From assembly GCA_963848295.1 (NCBI GenBank), contig CAWKDB010000004.1, forward strand, positions 256,001 through 320,000: a DNA stretch of 64,000 nt. Direction: 5' to 3'. Each line of letters starts with the position of its first letter. Position 1 is the stretch's first letter. Of the stretch, positions 45,287 through 57,406 are shown piece after piece. Under the pieces are notes generated by a model. It saw only the letters and a list, made by a program, of their open reading frames with translations, was not told the DNA's origin and searched no databases. The DNA is from an uncultured delta proteobacterium (GTDB lineage Bacteria; Myxococcota_A; Polyangia; Haliangiales; Haliangiaceae). Made by a program: the position numbers and the translations under genes.

Positions 45287-45949
45287 ATGTTCGAAGATGA
45301 TGGAGCTCAGTCGCAGCAAGCCGCGCTCGCCGTTGTTCGGAATGCGTGGCATCAACGCGAGGAGCAGCAACGACGCGTCTTGATTCAGGCAATGCAGATG
45401 GGTTGGCTCGAGGCGCTCCCGCAACTGCAGCCAAATCCCGAGTTGCTGCTCGGTCTCGAAGTCGTCAGGCTCAGCGGCAAGACCTCGGAGGGCGACGTTG
45501 TCGAGTCGGTTGCGCTACCGTGGCGGCTTCTATTGGATGAGCTGAAAAGAAACCCAGCATTTCTCCATCTCTTCGATCCGCGCAAGATGGAGGAGTTGGT
45601 GGCAGCTGCGTATCGGACCGCCGGCTACGAGGTCATTCTCACGCCGCGCTCGGGTGACCTCGGTCGCGACGTGATCGCCACGCGGTCGGGGCACCTGTCG
45701 GTCCGGATCCTTGATCAGGTGAAGAAGTACGCGCCGGGTAACCTCGTCACCGCGAACGATGTGCGCGCGTTGCTCGGCGTGTTGTCTGGAGATCGCCGGG
45801 CGTCGGAGGCCGTCATCACCACGACTTCCGACTTTGCACCGAGAATAATGGACGATCCTGGCATCGCACCGTTCGTCCCCACGCGGTTAGAACTACGCAA
45901 CGGCAACGACCTCGCGAGTTGGCTGACTGATGTTGCTGCACCGAAATAG
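45287..45949 (+). CDS. Mrr-like (Mrr_cat) restriction endonuclease
   Basis: DPRKMEELVAAAY...GYEVILTPRSGDLGRDVIA...QVKKY...ITTTSDF. Confidence 0.88.
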   Translation: MFEDDGAQSQQAALAVVRNAWHQREEQQRRVLIQAMQMGWLEALPQLQPNPELLLGLEVVRLSGKTSEGDVVESVALPWRLLLDELKRNPAFLHLFDPRKMEELVAAAYRTAGYEVILTPRSGDLGRDVIATRSGHLSVRILDQVKKYAPGNLVTANDVRALLGVLSGDRRASEAVITTTSDFAPRIMDDPGIAPFVPTRLELRNGNDLASWLTDVAAPK

Positions 45950-46056
45950 GGTCTGGAAGAAGAGCGACACTTGCTCGCGTTGTATCGCTCTTCATTGTAG
46001 CGGGCGGCGGCAACATGGCTCGCGGCGGTAGCCAGACAGGCGAAAGGTCGTGACGA

Positions 46057-46608
46057 CTAATCACGAGGCCGACGTCTACGTGGCGACTGTCCGGTCCTCT
46101 TCTTGACCTTCCGCTCGAGGCCGCGTGGGCTGATACCGAGCCTCTTGGCCGCGCGGGCGACGGTGTCCTCCTGCGCGAGCGCGTCATCGATTAGTTCGTC
46201 CGCCATCTCCTGAAGGGTCTTGGGTTCTGCGGGCAGTGGCGGGTAGCACGCTATGCGGTGAAGCTCGTCGACCCGAGCGTCCTTGCCAAGGCACTTGAAC
46301 GCCCCAGCTCGCCACGCTGCGAACTCGAGGTCGTCGCTCACGAAGGCGCTGAAAATCACCGACAACGTCGTCGGCGAGACTCTGCGCAGAGCGCGCACCA
46401 CGTCGAGACCGTTCGGGCCGCTGCCGAGCACTTGATCGACGACCGCGAGTCGCGGCTTGAGTTGCTTCGCTAGCGATAGTGCTTCGTCGCTACTACTCGC
46501 CGTGCGCGTGTCGCAGCCGAGGTGACGCAGTCGTCTCGCGATTGCCGCAGCCAGCACCGCGTCATCATCGACAACCAACACCACGATGCCTTCTTCGCCG
46601 TTCATCAA
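46057..46608 (-). CDS. RegA/PrrA-type response regulator (REC + Fis HTH)
   Basis: VLVVDDD...AVVD...NGLDVV; C-terminal TVARAAKRLGISPRGLERKVKK; 183 aa; SD GGAGG. Confidence 0.85.
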   Translation of the reverse strand: MMNGEEGIVVLVVDDDAVLAAAIARRLRHLGCDTRTASSSDEALSLAKQLKPRLAVVDQVLGSGPNGLDVVRALRRVSPTTLSVIFSAFVSDDLEFAAWRAGAFKCLGKDARVDELHRIACYPPLPAEPKTLQEMADELIDDALAQEDTVARAAKRLGISPRGLERKVKKRTGQSPRRRRPRD

Positions 46609-46653
46609 CGCCTCCCGCGATTACGCTAACGAGGCATGTGGCAATCCGTCAAC

Positions 46654-46671
46654 TACGAACTTTTGTCGCAT
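46654..46671 (-). promoter_or_regulatory. 18-bp operator-like box upstream of the response regulator
   Basis: ATGCGACAAAAGTTCGTA followed by G-TTGACG (-35) and a TAGCGT -10-like box; an identical 18-mer lies at 57257-57274. Confidence 0.5.
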
Positions 46672-46730
46672 GGTTTGCTCTTGATCATGCGATCGAGATT
46701 GCGTAGGGTCTTTCGCGAGAGGCGTTTCTC

Positions 46731-48007
46731 CTGAGATATCCCCTCAGATCAGCCCGAACACAGCGCGGAAAATTTCCTGCTGCCGAACGATGTGGTCGAA
46801 CGATTTCATGAGCGGCGCGAGCTTCTCGTCTCCCATGTACGGAATGGCCTCGTAGAGGTGAATGCCTTGGTTGAGGAGCGACATGGTGCGCTTCTTCGAG
46901 GTGTTGGTTTTCATCAGCCGATCCAGTCCGCACGCCTCGCCGGCGGCGCCGAGCAACGTCAGCAACGCCTGTGCGACTGCCGCCAGAAGCAGCAAGCGGT
47001 CCCGGCGATCCGTGGTGCCGATGTGCGTCGCCGATAGCCCCATGCCGAAGCGAAAGTTCTTCTGGTCGCGAAACGTTTCTTCGATCGTGAACCGTTGGCC
47101 GTACAGCTTCACGATCTCTGCGGCCTTGAGCTCGCTCAGCGTCGTCGCTAGGCACCACGCCTCCTTCATCCTCTTGGCGTGCATGACGATACCGCCGGCA
47201 CTTCGGCGCGCGTGCGCGTGACTCGAGCCCCGCGCAGGATCAGGGCGCGACCGTTGTCTGGCACCCACGCGTTCGCCGTCTTCCGAGTTCCCGTTGCGTC
47301 CTCGACCTGAATCGCTCCTCGAAAGCGGATAACGAAATCCCAGCCGAGCGTCTGCAGGAACCGATACAGCTTCTGATTGCCGAAGCCGCGATCCGCCAGC
47401 ACTGTGATCTTCACGTCGGGCGCGACGCAGTCGTGCAGCCGTTCGAGCAACCGATACTCGTGGTCATTCCGCTTGTTCTTGAGCGTGGTCTTGCTCACCG
47501 TCATCCAGATCAACGGGTCGCCCGCCCAGGCTGGTGATAGGTAGCCCGCCAGCCGCGTGGTCGTCGCCATCGAACTCTGTCCAGTCGAGCGCGACGACGA
47601 TCTCTTGCGCTCTGCGACGACAAACTGGGCCCACGGTCGGAACAACGTCCACACGTCGATGCCCGGGTTTCCGAGCAAACGATCGGTCTGCTTCACCCCG
47701 TGCTTCTTGTCGTTGTTGGTGACGCGCGCGTATCCACGACCGATCGCGTGGATCGACAGCACCGCTGCGTCGACGGTGCCCACGACACCGTTCGCCAACG
47801 ACAGCACGCGCATCGCATGCAGATCATCACCGAAGATTTGGTGCACCGTCTTCGCGACTTCCAGCGGGTCTCGAACAAACTCTGTCATCGATTGACGGCT
47901 CATCATGCCGCTCGAACCGACGCGCGAGCTCCGAAATTCCGCCTCAGCTGGGAAAAATCCGGAGCGCTTTCGATCACCTACGCCGCCAAAGCGAGGGGAT
48001 CCATCAG
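46731..48007 (-). mobile_element. IS4-family IS (transposase 46744-47906, frameshifted)
   Basis: VALDWTEF, VLADRGFG, Y..RFTIEETFRDQK. IRs CTGAGATATCCCCTC / GAGGGGATCCATCAG; 9-bp TSD gcgtttctc (46722-46730, 48008-48016). Confidence 0.93.
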
Positions 48008-48065
48008 GCGTTTCTCACCTCGAGGGTCGAGGCTGAGGTTTGGATAGCGGCACGAGCGCAGGTTC

Positions 48066-48503
48066 GTGAGCGCTGCCGCGCATTGCACAATTTTCGAAGG
48101 AGCATCCGATGGGGCGAGCGGTCGTATTTCGTGCGTGTCTTTCGGTTTGCTGCTAGCGACGGCCACGTCGCGCAGCGACAGCTCACCTCCTTCGCTGCCG
48201 CCGAGCGCAGAGTCGGAGCCGATTACCGGAACCGCCGTTGACCCAGCGCCCGGCTCCGAAACCCAGCGCCACGATCCGTTCACGCCGTACGACGTCGGCG
48301 ATCCGGCGGGAACCTGGTCCTACAATGAACTTACCGCCGCCGAAAAGGCGATCGTCGACAAAGGCCGCGACACGAGCGGGATGGTGCCGGTGCACGCCGC
48401 ATTCGGTGCGGCTGTCGCCGAACGCGCGCAAACCGCCGCCGCGACCTCGGCCGAGCATCAGCTCGGGATCGACAACCTCGAAACGCTGGGAGTCGTGCCA
48501 TGA
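48066..48503 (+). CDS. Hypothetical (probably exported) protein; start uncertain
   Basis: Coding-like C-terminus WSYNELTAAEKAIVDKGRD...LGIDNLETLGVVP; ATGA overlap with the next gene. Confidence 0.55.
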   Translation: MSAAAHCTIFEGASDGASGRISCVSFGLLLATATSRSDSSPPSLPPSAESEPITGTAVDPAPGSETQRHDPFTPYDVGDPAGTWSYNELTAAEKAIVDKGRDTSGMVPVHAAFGAAVAERAQTAAATSAEHQLGIDNLETLGVVP

Positions 48504-49010
48504 AGTGGGCTTTGCTAGCCGCACTCGTCGTCGCGAGCGCCTGCAACGCGGAGAGCGTGCAACGCGATTCGATTGGGAAGGTCGACTACATCGTTCCGTC
48601 GAGCTGGCATTCCGCGAAGTCCGCGACGAAGACCTCGGCGACCGTCGTGTGGACCCCGGAGGATAACGCTCGTCGCGAATCCATCTCGCTCGTCTCTAGC
48701 CCGATCGACGAAACGCTCGCGAAGTCTGGCCCTGGGGCGCTCGGTCCGCTCGTCGCGCGGGCGCAAGGCGCGCTCGGCCACCTGCCTCCGCCGTCGGTCG
48801 AGCCGATCTCGAGCGAGCACGGCCTGTCCGGCGTCGAGGTTCAACTCGACTTCACGCCATCGGGCCAGACTGCTCGCTATCACCGCGTCCATGCCGCCCT
48901 GCTCGACGGTAACCGCGTGATCCACGTGCTCTACACCGCCGCGGATCCAGAATCCCACGCTCGCAAACCTCAAGCTCGTGATCGCGAGTCTCGCGCACGA
49001 GGAGGGCTGA
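48500..49010 (+). CDS. Lipoprotein (PsbP/DcrB-like fold possible), frameshift near 48955
   Basis: MKWALLAALVVASAC lipobox; VDYIVPSSW...RVIHVLYTA; TGA at 49008-49010 just before the RHS ATG. Confidence 0.55.
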
Positions 49011-49012
49011 TC

Positions 49013-52000
49013 ATGTCGATGCTTCGCAAAGCGCTCATCACCGCCGCCATCCTCGCGCCAACCCACGCATGGGCGAGCCCAGAGATATGCGGCAACGATA
49101 TTGACGACGATGGCAATGGTCTGACCGACGAAGGTTGCTATCCATCTCTAACAACGGGAGTGTGCGAATCTCCGCTATCTTGCGGCGATACCGGGATGGT
49201 CAGTTGGACGACTGGCTCACTGCACTATGACCTTCCGCCGGACATTGCACCTGCCGTGCCATTCGGTCCCGGAATAGGATTCAGAAGATTCTATACTCCG
49301 AGCTATTCCCCAGCTGGACTGACCTTTGGCTCGGTCAATGAACAGCCGCTCGGTCCGGGATGGGGTCACACGTACATGACCTGGCTCGACGCCTACACCG
49401 TCGGTCCCACGAACTACATCGTCCTGCACACCAGTCAAGGCCGAGACGTACTCTATACGGAAACCGGCGCATGTGGAAGCGATACTTGCTATGCGCCGCA
49501 AGCGGGCGACCACGTGATGTCGCTCAAGTACGATCCAACTAACTTCGTCTACTACGTGCAGCTCCTAACCGGCGAGACCCTGAAGTACAACGCGGTCGGT
49601 CAGATCATCGAGATCTGGGACAACCTTCAGCCGACGCCGAACAAGGTGCTCATCACCTGGACGAGCACCACGAACGGCAACGTCTCTACGGTGACCGATG
49701 CGTCGGGCCAGCGCCAGCTCTCGTTCACGTACACCAACAACCTGCTAACGTCGCTCCAGTTCCAGATCTACAACTCGTCGATCGGCGGTTGGGTGGTCCA
49801 GCACACCACCACCTACGACTACTCGCTCGGCGTCACGCGCGACGCAACGAGCGGCTGGTACGTTCCGGCGAGCGCCAGCGAGTGGAACGAGCTACTTACC
49901 GGAACCGGCATAGCGACCCCAACCAACGCCTGGGGATGCCAGGACACTTCGGGCAGCCTCACGTCGATTTCCGGGTTGGGGTCGGTGAGTCTCGCCGCGC
50001 ATGGTGCTGGAGGGAGCTATAACCAATCCGTCAGCGGCTGGTCCCGCAAAGCCGTCAAGCTCGCCGACGGCGGCACGTCATACTGGCAATCCGCTTCGAG
50101 CATCTGCAACCCAGCGACGACGAGCTGCACGACGTTGGGCTTGATCGGCATGACGGCGACTCCCGGCGCGGAGCGCGACGTCATCACCGCCGGCGACGGC
50201 AACGGAATGCGCGGTACGGCCATTGAGCGCACCGGCCCACCCGCAAGGATCTGGGCCGCAGAACGCTGGGACACTTCGAACGACGGTAACGTGACCAGTA
50301 TTACCAATGTGAAGTCGTGGATCATGACTACCAATCACACGAGCTACACAAATCTTACGGTGGACGGCGCTAGCTTCGGAACTCCGACGTGGGCCACGGG
50401 TACGAGCGCGAATGGCAACCTCACGATCGGCGCGGTTAGCCTCGACTCTGCTGGCAGTGAGTACCTCTATCTCGCGGAGTGGAACGGAACGGCGCTGACC
50501 ACTGCGCAGGAAACGACGCTGCATCAGCGTCTCACCAACGGTCCGGGGATCCTCTCGTCCGTAACGATCGGCGGCCAACTCGCGCAGCAATATAAGTACA
50601 GCCCGTCCGGCTACGTGTCTCAGGTTCTCGACGGCGGCGGTACGCAAGTGGCGGCGTTCTCGTTCTCGTCAACGGTTGCCGGCCAGGTGGATTTGATCAC
50701 GACCCCGCGAGGAACCGTGGGCTTTGACTACAGCGCGATGCGTACCGGGTGCACTGGCGATACGATTCTCTACTTCAACGCCAACGGCACCTCGTGCACG
50801 ACCGACTCGGACTGCAGCGCGTCGAGCTCGATCTGCGGCGGATCGAATGGCACCACTGGCAGCGGCCGCTGCTTCGTCGCCGGACGATGTATGACCACGA
50901 GCACGGCGAACGGCGAGGAGGTCGTTACGAATATCGCGTCTCTTGGGCCGACTGGCGTTGGAACGTGCACCGGAGCGTGCGCGGACGTCTCCCAGTACTC
51001 GTGGTCGACGGCGAGCGGTCTCGTAAACGTGATCGGCCGCAAGGACGCGGCCGCAACTTCACTTCCGCCACGTACAACTCGAACGGGCTCCCGACCCAGG
51101 TGGGGTACGGCGACACGGACAACGATCCGACTAACGGAGGAACGAATCGAACCGCGTACTACTTCTACGACACGACATTCCCGGGCCGGCTCGCCGAAGT
51201 GCGACGACCGAGCGATATCAGCTCGAGCTCATCGAGTTGCTCCGCATCCAACACGACGGGGTGCGAGCGCACGCTCTACACCTACGACTCGACGAGCCAG
51301 CAGCTCAAGACCGTCGAGCAAGACGGCTACACGCTGACAAGCGCCGGCGCCCAAACCACCTACTCGAAGATCATCACGTACTCCCATGACTCCGTCGGCC
51401 GCATCAGCGAGATCGACGGGGCGGTCTCGGGGATAAAGACTACCTACGACTACTACCCGCTCTCGTCAGGATCCAACACGAGCTACCTCCTGGAGGACGA
51501 TACAAGGCGCAAACAAGGGAATGGTAATAAACGTACTTTGAGCCGGAAAATCACCGGTGTACGACTTCTGGGGACAATCTGACGAGATTGTCAAGGATTC
51601 CGACGGGCAACTACACCTGCGACACCTATGAGACAGCGCGCGCGGTCTTCTTAGCCATGCGCAAGCGAGCAAATGGATGGGGAAACTCGACGCGCGGAGG
51701 AACGAAGATCACCAGCAAAAGCTGGGCCGGCGATGCTGGGCCGCGTTTGACGGTGCTGACGCGTTCTGACTCGCGCGCGGCGTCTGATACACGTACTACA
51801 TGTTGATGGCATGATTGAAGAAGATGAACCGAAGCGATGATCTGGCAACTGAAAGAGCGAGAGTGGTGATGATCAGATTATTTACGACGTTGACGGTCCC
51901 ATCGACTCAGTATTCAGACCGTAGAACTGCGGCGGAACGCGCGACGCGCAAGCAGAAAGTACTGGCTCTGACCAGGGTTCGGCCAGCTCGAAGAGAATTA

Positions 52001-54400
52001 TTAACCTGGAGGCGACGTTGACGTAGACGAATCTCGTCGACGACGTCGTCGGCAAGCTCAACGAAGTCGACGGTTACAGGAGCCCGTCTCAGACCGTATT
52101 CGACTACTACAGCACGCTGGTGCGACAACGGGTTACCTCGGTCGAGAAGAACAGGTCTAGCTTGAGCCTCGGAGACGTGGAAACTGCTCCACGCCTGGAC
52201 GGGCGGCTGAGCCTCAAGTACACTGACGGCGACAGCAAGGTCACTGGAAGCACGCGCGACGAACCTCGGCGTCTGGTGAATCTGATGTTGCCTGGATCTC
52301 GCTCATTCTATGATTCGCGCTCCGACGACGTGGCTAGTTGACTGACTACGATCTCGTTGAAGACGTAGGTGGAGCCAGACCCGCGACCGATGAGGCGTTC
52401 ACTGATGACTTCCTGACCCGTACGCGGAGCGCTGATGATCAAGGCTCGTGCGCGATGACCTGAACAGCGCATCCTGAAAATCGAGCGAAGCCACGACGCG
52501 CTTCCTCCCTGCGTGACCTGCTCGATGAACCGCGGTTGGAAGAATCCGCTCGTGGGTCGAGCTGGCCGACGTCGATGTGATCTGAATGTGCTCGTCGACA
52601 GACATAGGTACAGTAATGGCTCGCTCGATCAGCTGTACGTCTTCCACATCCAATGAACCTCGGGACGTGCCGCCGAAGAGAAGATCTCGAACGATACCAA
52701 GAGCGGACAGCCAACGACAAGCCCACCTACGACGCTGACGGCGACCTGATCAAGGTGTACTCCTTTCCTTCGACGGCTGAAGATCGACTGGAACGACGGT
52801 GCTGGGGGCGTTTCGGACTTTGATCTCGCGGACCGTGATCAGCCGGACGCTGAAGTGTCCCGGTGATCGACACGGTCGCCTGGAACCCGTTCGACCGTGG
52901 GCGTCTTACGACTGGGGGGCAAAGATCGGCGGCACGGCGCTTCAGAACGCCGCGGCTCGGGACAAGTCCGTACCAGATCACGAACGTCTAGGTGCTCGAG
53001 TGGGCACGAGCGGAACGGTGAACGCGGAGGTCGATGTCGCCCGCGACAACATGAATCGCGCCACTTCTCGCGTCTACTCGCCGGCCGTCACTGGGCTCAC
53101 AAACTCGTATGATCTCTACGACGAGCAGAGCCGCGTGACCTGCGAGACGACGACCGCCGTTACTACGTGCCCGACCACGGGCTCGGGATAAAAGACAACC
53201 ACAGCCTGTCGCCGACGTTCATGAACCAGAAGATTGGAAGCACTCTTGCGCCCGATCGAGGGGAGCACTGGCGGCCTGACGAACAATTCAACTCGTCCGG
53301 CATGGGCTACGGCACTACGCATCAGATCACTGATATCAACCAGTCCGACGACCCCGGCGTTCGGCCAGACTGCTATGGCCTACGACGAGTTCGGCAACCG
53401 GTCGAACGACGACAACACGACGCATGACGAGCGATCGCCGCGACTACACGTACGACGCGCGCCACAACCTCGTGAACGTCGCGGGCAGTACTACACCGGG
53501 AGCGCGTGGCACTACTACGACGTCGCGAACGCGTTCGACGCGAGGAATCGCCGCGCCTCCAAGTGGTTTACGACGAGACGACGACCAAGACGGTCAGTGG
53601 TTCTTCTACTACGACGCTTTCGACCGGCTGACGGAGGCCGGTAAACTCCGACATCTCGTCGCCAAGCACAAACTCTGTGTTTCACCTGTTCTGGCTCAAC
53701 GAGAAGCTCGTGGCCTACTGGCAGGTGGATATCCACGACAACGTCGAAGCGTAACTGACGTCGGACGAGGCTGACCGTCCGCTGCAGCTCTGGAACTGGC
53801 CTTCCAGCGGCGACGCGATTCGGTCTGGGCCATCAACCCTAGCGCGTGGGGGTTCGACACAAACGTCGTTGGGTCGAGCGTGTATCAACCAATCTTATTT
53901 GCTGGAGTATCAAGACGCCAAAACGATCGCATTTAGAACGACGGCGCGACCACACATCGTCCGGGACTTGCCATCAACGGCTTCCGGAACTCCGATCCAC
54001 TTCTCGGCAAGTACCTTCAAATGGATTCGCGCGCGCCCCAAACGCGGAGCAGCTATGTCTACGATGACAGCTCGCCGGTAGCCAATACCAATTCAACGGG
54101 CCTCATGATGGCGAATGGCTTTCATCGTTCTGATACTTGCATGTCTCCGACGACTATTCGGCGTGACAGACAACTGAATTGATGGTGGTGGTGGTGGCGG
54201 TGGCGGTGGCGGTGGCGGCGGCGGTGGCGGTGGCGGTGGCGGTGGCGGGGACGGTGTCGGGGACGGGGGTGGAAGCGGTAGCAACGGCAGAGCCGGCGGT
54301 AGCGTCGATTGCGACACGGTAGGAACTGGATATCTTCCAAGCGATGATTTGGACTTAATGGCGACGAGGGACTTGGCGAGTGCGCGCGAAGCAATGGGGG
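49013..54400 (+). CDS. RHS/YD-repeat polymorphic toxin with signal peptide, MopE-like repeat and DUF6531; heavily frameshifted after about 51050; 3' end approximate
   Basis: EICGNDIDDDGNGLTDEGC; FRRFY...PLGPGWGHTY; YD repeats (YSHDSVGRISEI, YDEFGNR, YTYDARHNLV, YYDAFDRLTE); RHS core end FRN.DPLLGKYLQ near 53980-54020. Confidence 0.8.
54184..54250 (+). repeat. (GGT/GGC)n trinucleotide run, probable poly-Gly linker after the RHS core
   Basis: About 21 consecutive GGY triplets directly after the RHS core end. Confidence 0.7.
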
Positions 54401-55799
54401 GGCCAAGGCGGCGGAAGTGGGAGCAGTGGTCAGACGCCTATCCCCGTGCGGCGACTGAGGAATTAGATTGCCATCTGCGCAGCTTGTACGGCCAAATCAA
54501 TCGTACAGTTTCCACAGTGGGACTACAACCGCCACGACAAGTGGTAGATCGGTTGCATATTCTTCACGATTCCGGCCAGAAGTCGAACTTGAGCTCGTCT
54601 AAGTACAATCACTAGCAATTGACCAGTTTTCCAAACTATTGTACCAATCCAAGTTTTGCTCATGAACATCCGCGTTCGTGCCAACGTGACATCGGCGGCG
54701 GTCGTGATCAGGCATGCGGAGCCTGGGACTCCTGCACCAGCACCGGTATCTAGCTCTAGGCGATTGTTGTTGTGGGACTGTCCGCCAGACGGTAGGACAG
54801 CGTTTGGTAAGTCCTCGCGCTGCCACGTCGTGACAAGCGCGAGGACTTACCCAAGTAATCGGCGACCGACGACCGGACTGCGGACCTAACTAACCAAGCA
54901 CGTCACGCAACGCGCGTCAGGACGGCAGGACCGGTCACGCCGAGGGGTTATAAACTCGAGCCCAGGCTGATCGCGTTCGATAGGCCATTGAACGACTGCC
55001 GCAGGTCCGACCGCTCGGTCGCGATGCACACGCGCGCGAGCGCGGGATCAACTTAACAACGAGCGGACCTACCAATACGAACTTCGATTCGGGCAAGTGT
55101 TCCCCTGCTTGTAGCAGCCGAGAGTCCTTGGAACCGGATCGAGTGTGTCATCCCAGCTACCACGACAGAGCGCCAATGAACGTGAACGACGCCGCCAATA
55201 CCCAGAACAGTCCGACCTCGCTGATTTCTTCTCCACGTGTTACGCGTTGCCCTGGATGCACCAAAGCCTTCTGTAGGTGCCCAGCTCGTCACGTATCGTG
55301 CACCGCGTGAATCTGATCAAGCGGGACGTCGTGAACGACGTAGATCTCGATTCCAGAATCGAGATCGTCCGAGACGCTCACAATTGTGCCGTCAGCAGAC
55401 GCGATGACGGATCGACTTTCATCGCCGGGCCGAAGTCAACGCCATCATGAGCGCGGACGCGCAGACGAGGGCTCCCATCCGGGTCGGGTGAGACCGCGTT
55501 CACGTCACCATAGGGCGAAAGTACTGACGGGCAACAACTGTTCACGATCACAAGAGCAAGAACCGTCGAGCAATGTGATTCAACGTAGCCGACGATCGAC
55601 AAGTTCGAACGGTAGGCTGCGATCACGACTGCGCCGCGGTTCTCAGCCGATTCTCTGGCCATGCGGTTCTGATAAGTATCTCGCGCTCTCTCAGTTCGAC
55701 TCGCCTGGCCCGTTGTGGCCGGACACGTCCGCCGGGTCGTTATGGCGTGACCATCGTCGTGGTCAAGGTGCCGGGCCCTCGGGGAACCAATAGGCCTCC

Positions 55800-57230
55800 G
55801 GCGTCGCAGTGAGATCGATTGACGTGCCGATCGAGCACCGATCTCGAAGACGTCAGTCTGACCGGCGGTCAGAATGCGGCGGAATTGCTGGCTGCGGTAA
55901 AGCCGTCTCGATTGTCGCGGTGTCCTGTAGCGTCGTCTGGCCGCGTTGATCGAGCACCGAGTTGACGGTGACGTAGTAGCGCGACGCGACGCCGACGGTT
56001 GGCGGGCTCGACGACAGCGTCAGCGTCGTGCTGATGCTTAGTCATCAGTGCTGGTGCCAAACACGTTGCCATTCATCTGCGGCTAACGACCATACCTAGT
56101 CCGGCTCGAGCGGTGCCCGATCGGAGACGGTGGACAGTTCGCGATGCAAGCAGGCGCCCGAAGATCGCGGTGTTGGTTGTGCCGGGGAGCTGGATGAACC
56201 GGTACGTGTAGTAGCGGCAGCATGCGACTGGGTCCACGTACTCGGAAGGCTCGCCAGATGCCCAAGTCGCGGATACTGCGGTCGAGTCGGTCTTGTAACC
56301 CGGCGCGAAGATCAGGTAGACGGGCTCGCTGGTGAAGAAGCCGCGCGTTTCGGCTTCCGGCAGCGTGCTGATCGCGAGCGTCGAGAGTTCGTAGGTTGTG
56401 AGCCCGGCGAGTGAGCGGTCGGTCGGCTGCAAACGCGGCCGATTCATGGACAGTTGGAGGTGGTGGTCGTCAGCCGGGGTGAACGCGCCGGCCAGAGTCG
56501 CTGTGCCGCCGTTGGCGACATCGAAGGAGTCGGGAAAGAAGGTCTCGGCGGCTATGCAAAACATGTGGACGCTGTCGGTCTGCGTCGCGAGATGCGTCAG
56601 CGTGAGCTGATCACCGGACGAGCCGTCGATCAAGTTCGGGACGTATGTGGACCAGAGGACTTGAAGCCAGACAGGCTCGTCGCGGCGATTTGCGGCGCGC
56701 CGGAACCGCGCGCTCTCCCATGCCGTACGCGCTCGTGGCGCTTCCGGGCGAAGAACATCTGGAGCTCGTGCGTCAATGCCAGGCCTCGAGACGGTGAGTC
56801 GAAGGTCAAGTCGATCCGCGCGGTGGCGCGCCGGTCGTCGGCGCGCGACGAGCGAGTAACTGAGGTCCACGCTGTCGGCTCTCATCTGAGGTAGCGCGTG
56901 CCGAGGACGAGGTAGAACGAAGCGCCGGGAGGTTCGGGATCGAAAACGTTCCCGTCCATCGCGCCGCTGCCGCTGTATTCGGTGAACGACGGAAGCGTGA
57001 GGGCCGAGATCGGTGTCGCTGACAGATTGAAGGTAGTACGATGCCCCGGCGGGTGACGAAGGTGATGTCGAGCGTGCCGGACACCGTGCGAAGAGATCGG
57101 CGCGTGTCCGGCGCATCGACGCTCGCATCCGCAGGGTTGTGCTGCTCGAGCCCCCGATCGGAGGACCAGACTGCAATCGCCGACGTCCACGCCGCGTCTT
57201 CATCGGCGAAATCTAACGCACTCAAGCGCG
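55800..57230 (-). pseudogene. Degraded or poorly sequenced secreted beta-rich protein
   Basis: Fragments DASVDAPD...TVSGTLDITFVT, GASFYLVLGTRY, LIDGSSGDQLTLTHL, FDVANGGTATLAGAF in different frames. Confidence 0.45.
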
Positions 57231-57256
57231 AGCCCGTCGGGATTGCAACGCTTGCA

Positions 57257-57280
57257 ATGCGACAAAAGTTCGTATTGACA
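57257..57280 (+). promoter_or_regulatory. Second copy of the 18-bp box abutting TTGACA
   Basis: ATGCGACAAAAGTTCGTA-TTGACA. Confidence 0.5.
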
Positions 57281-57406
57281 CGACGGCCGACCAGCGGCGC
57301 TATGGCCGAACCGGCAGCCCTTCAAACAAGGTCGTGAAGCCGAGCCTGAATCGAAGCGCGGTCATGCTCCAGTACTATGTGCTCCGAATCCAACGGTCTC
57401 GCGGTA

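Noticed and set aside
48500..51337. Single 945-aa lipoprotein-RHS fusion in the ORF track
   Set aside because: An SD (GGAGG), a TGA and a new signal peptide at 49013 indicate two genes joined by an indel.
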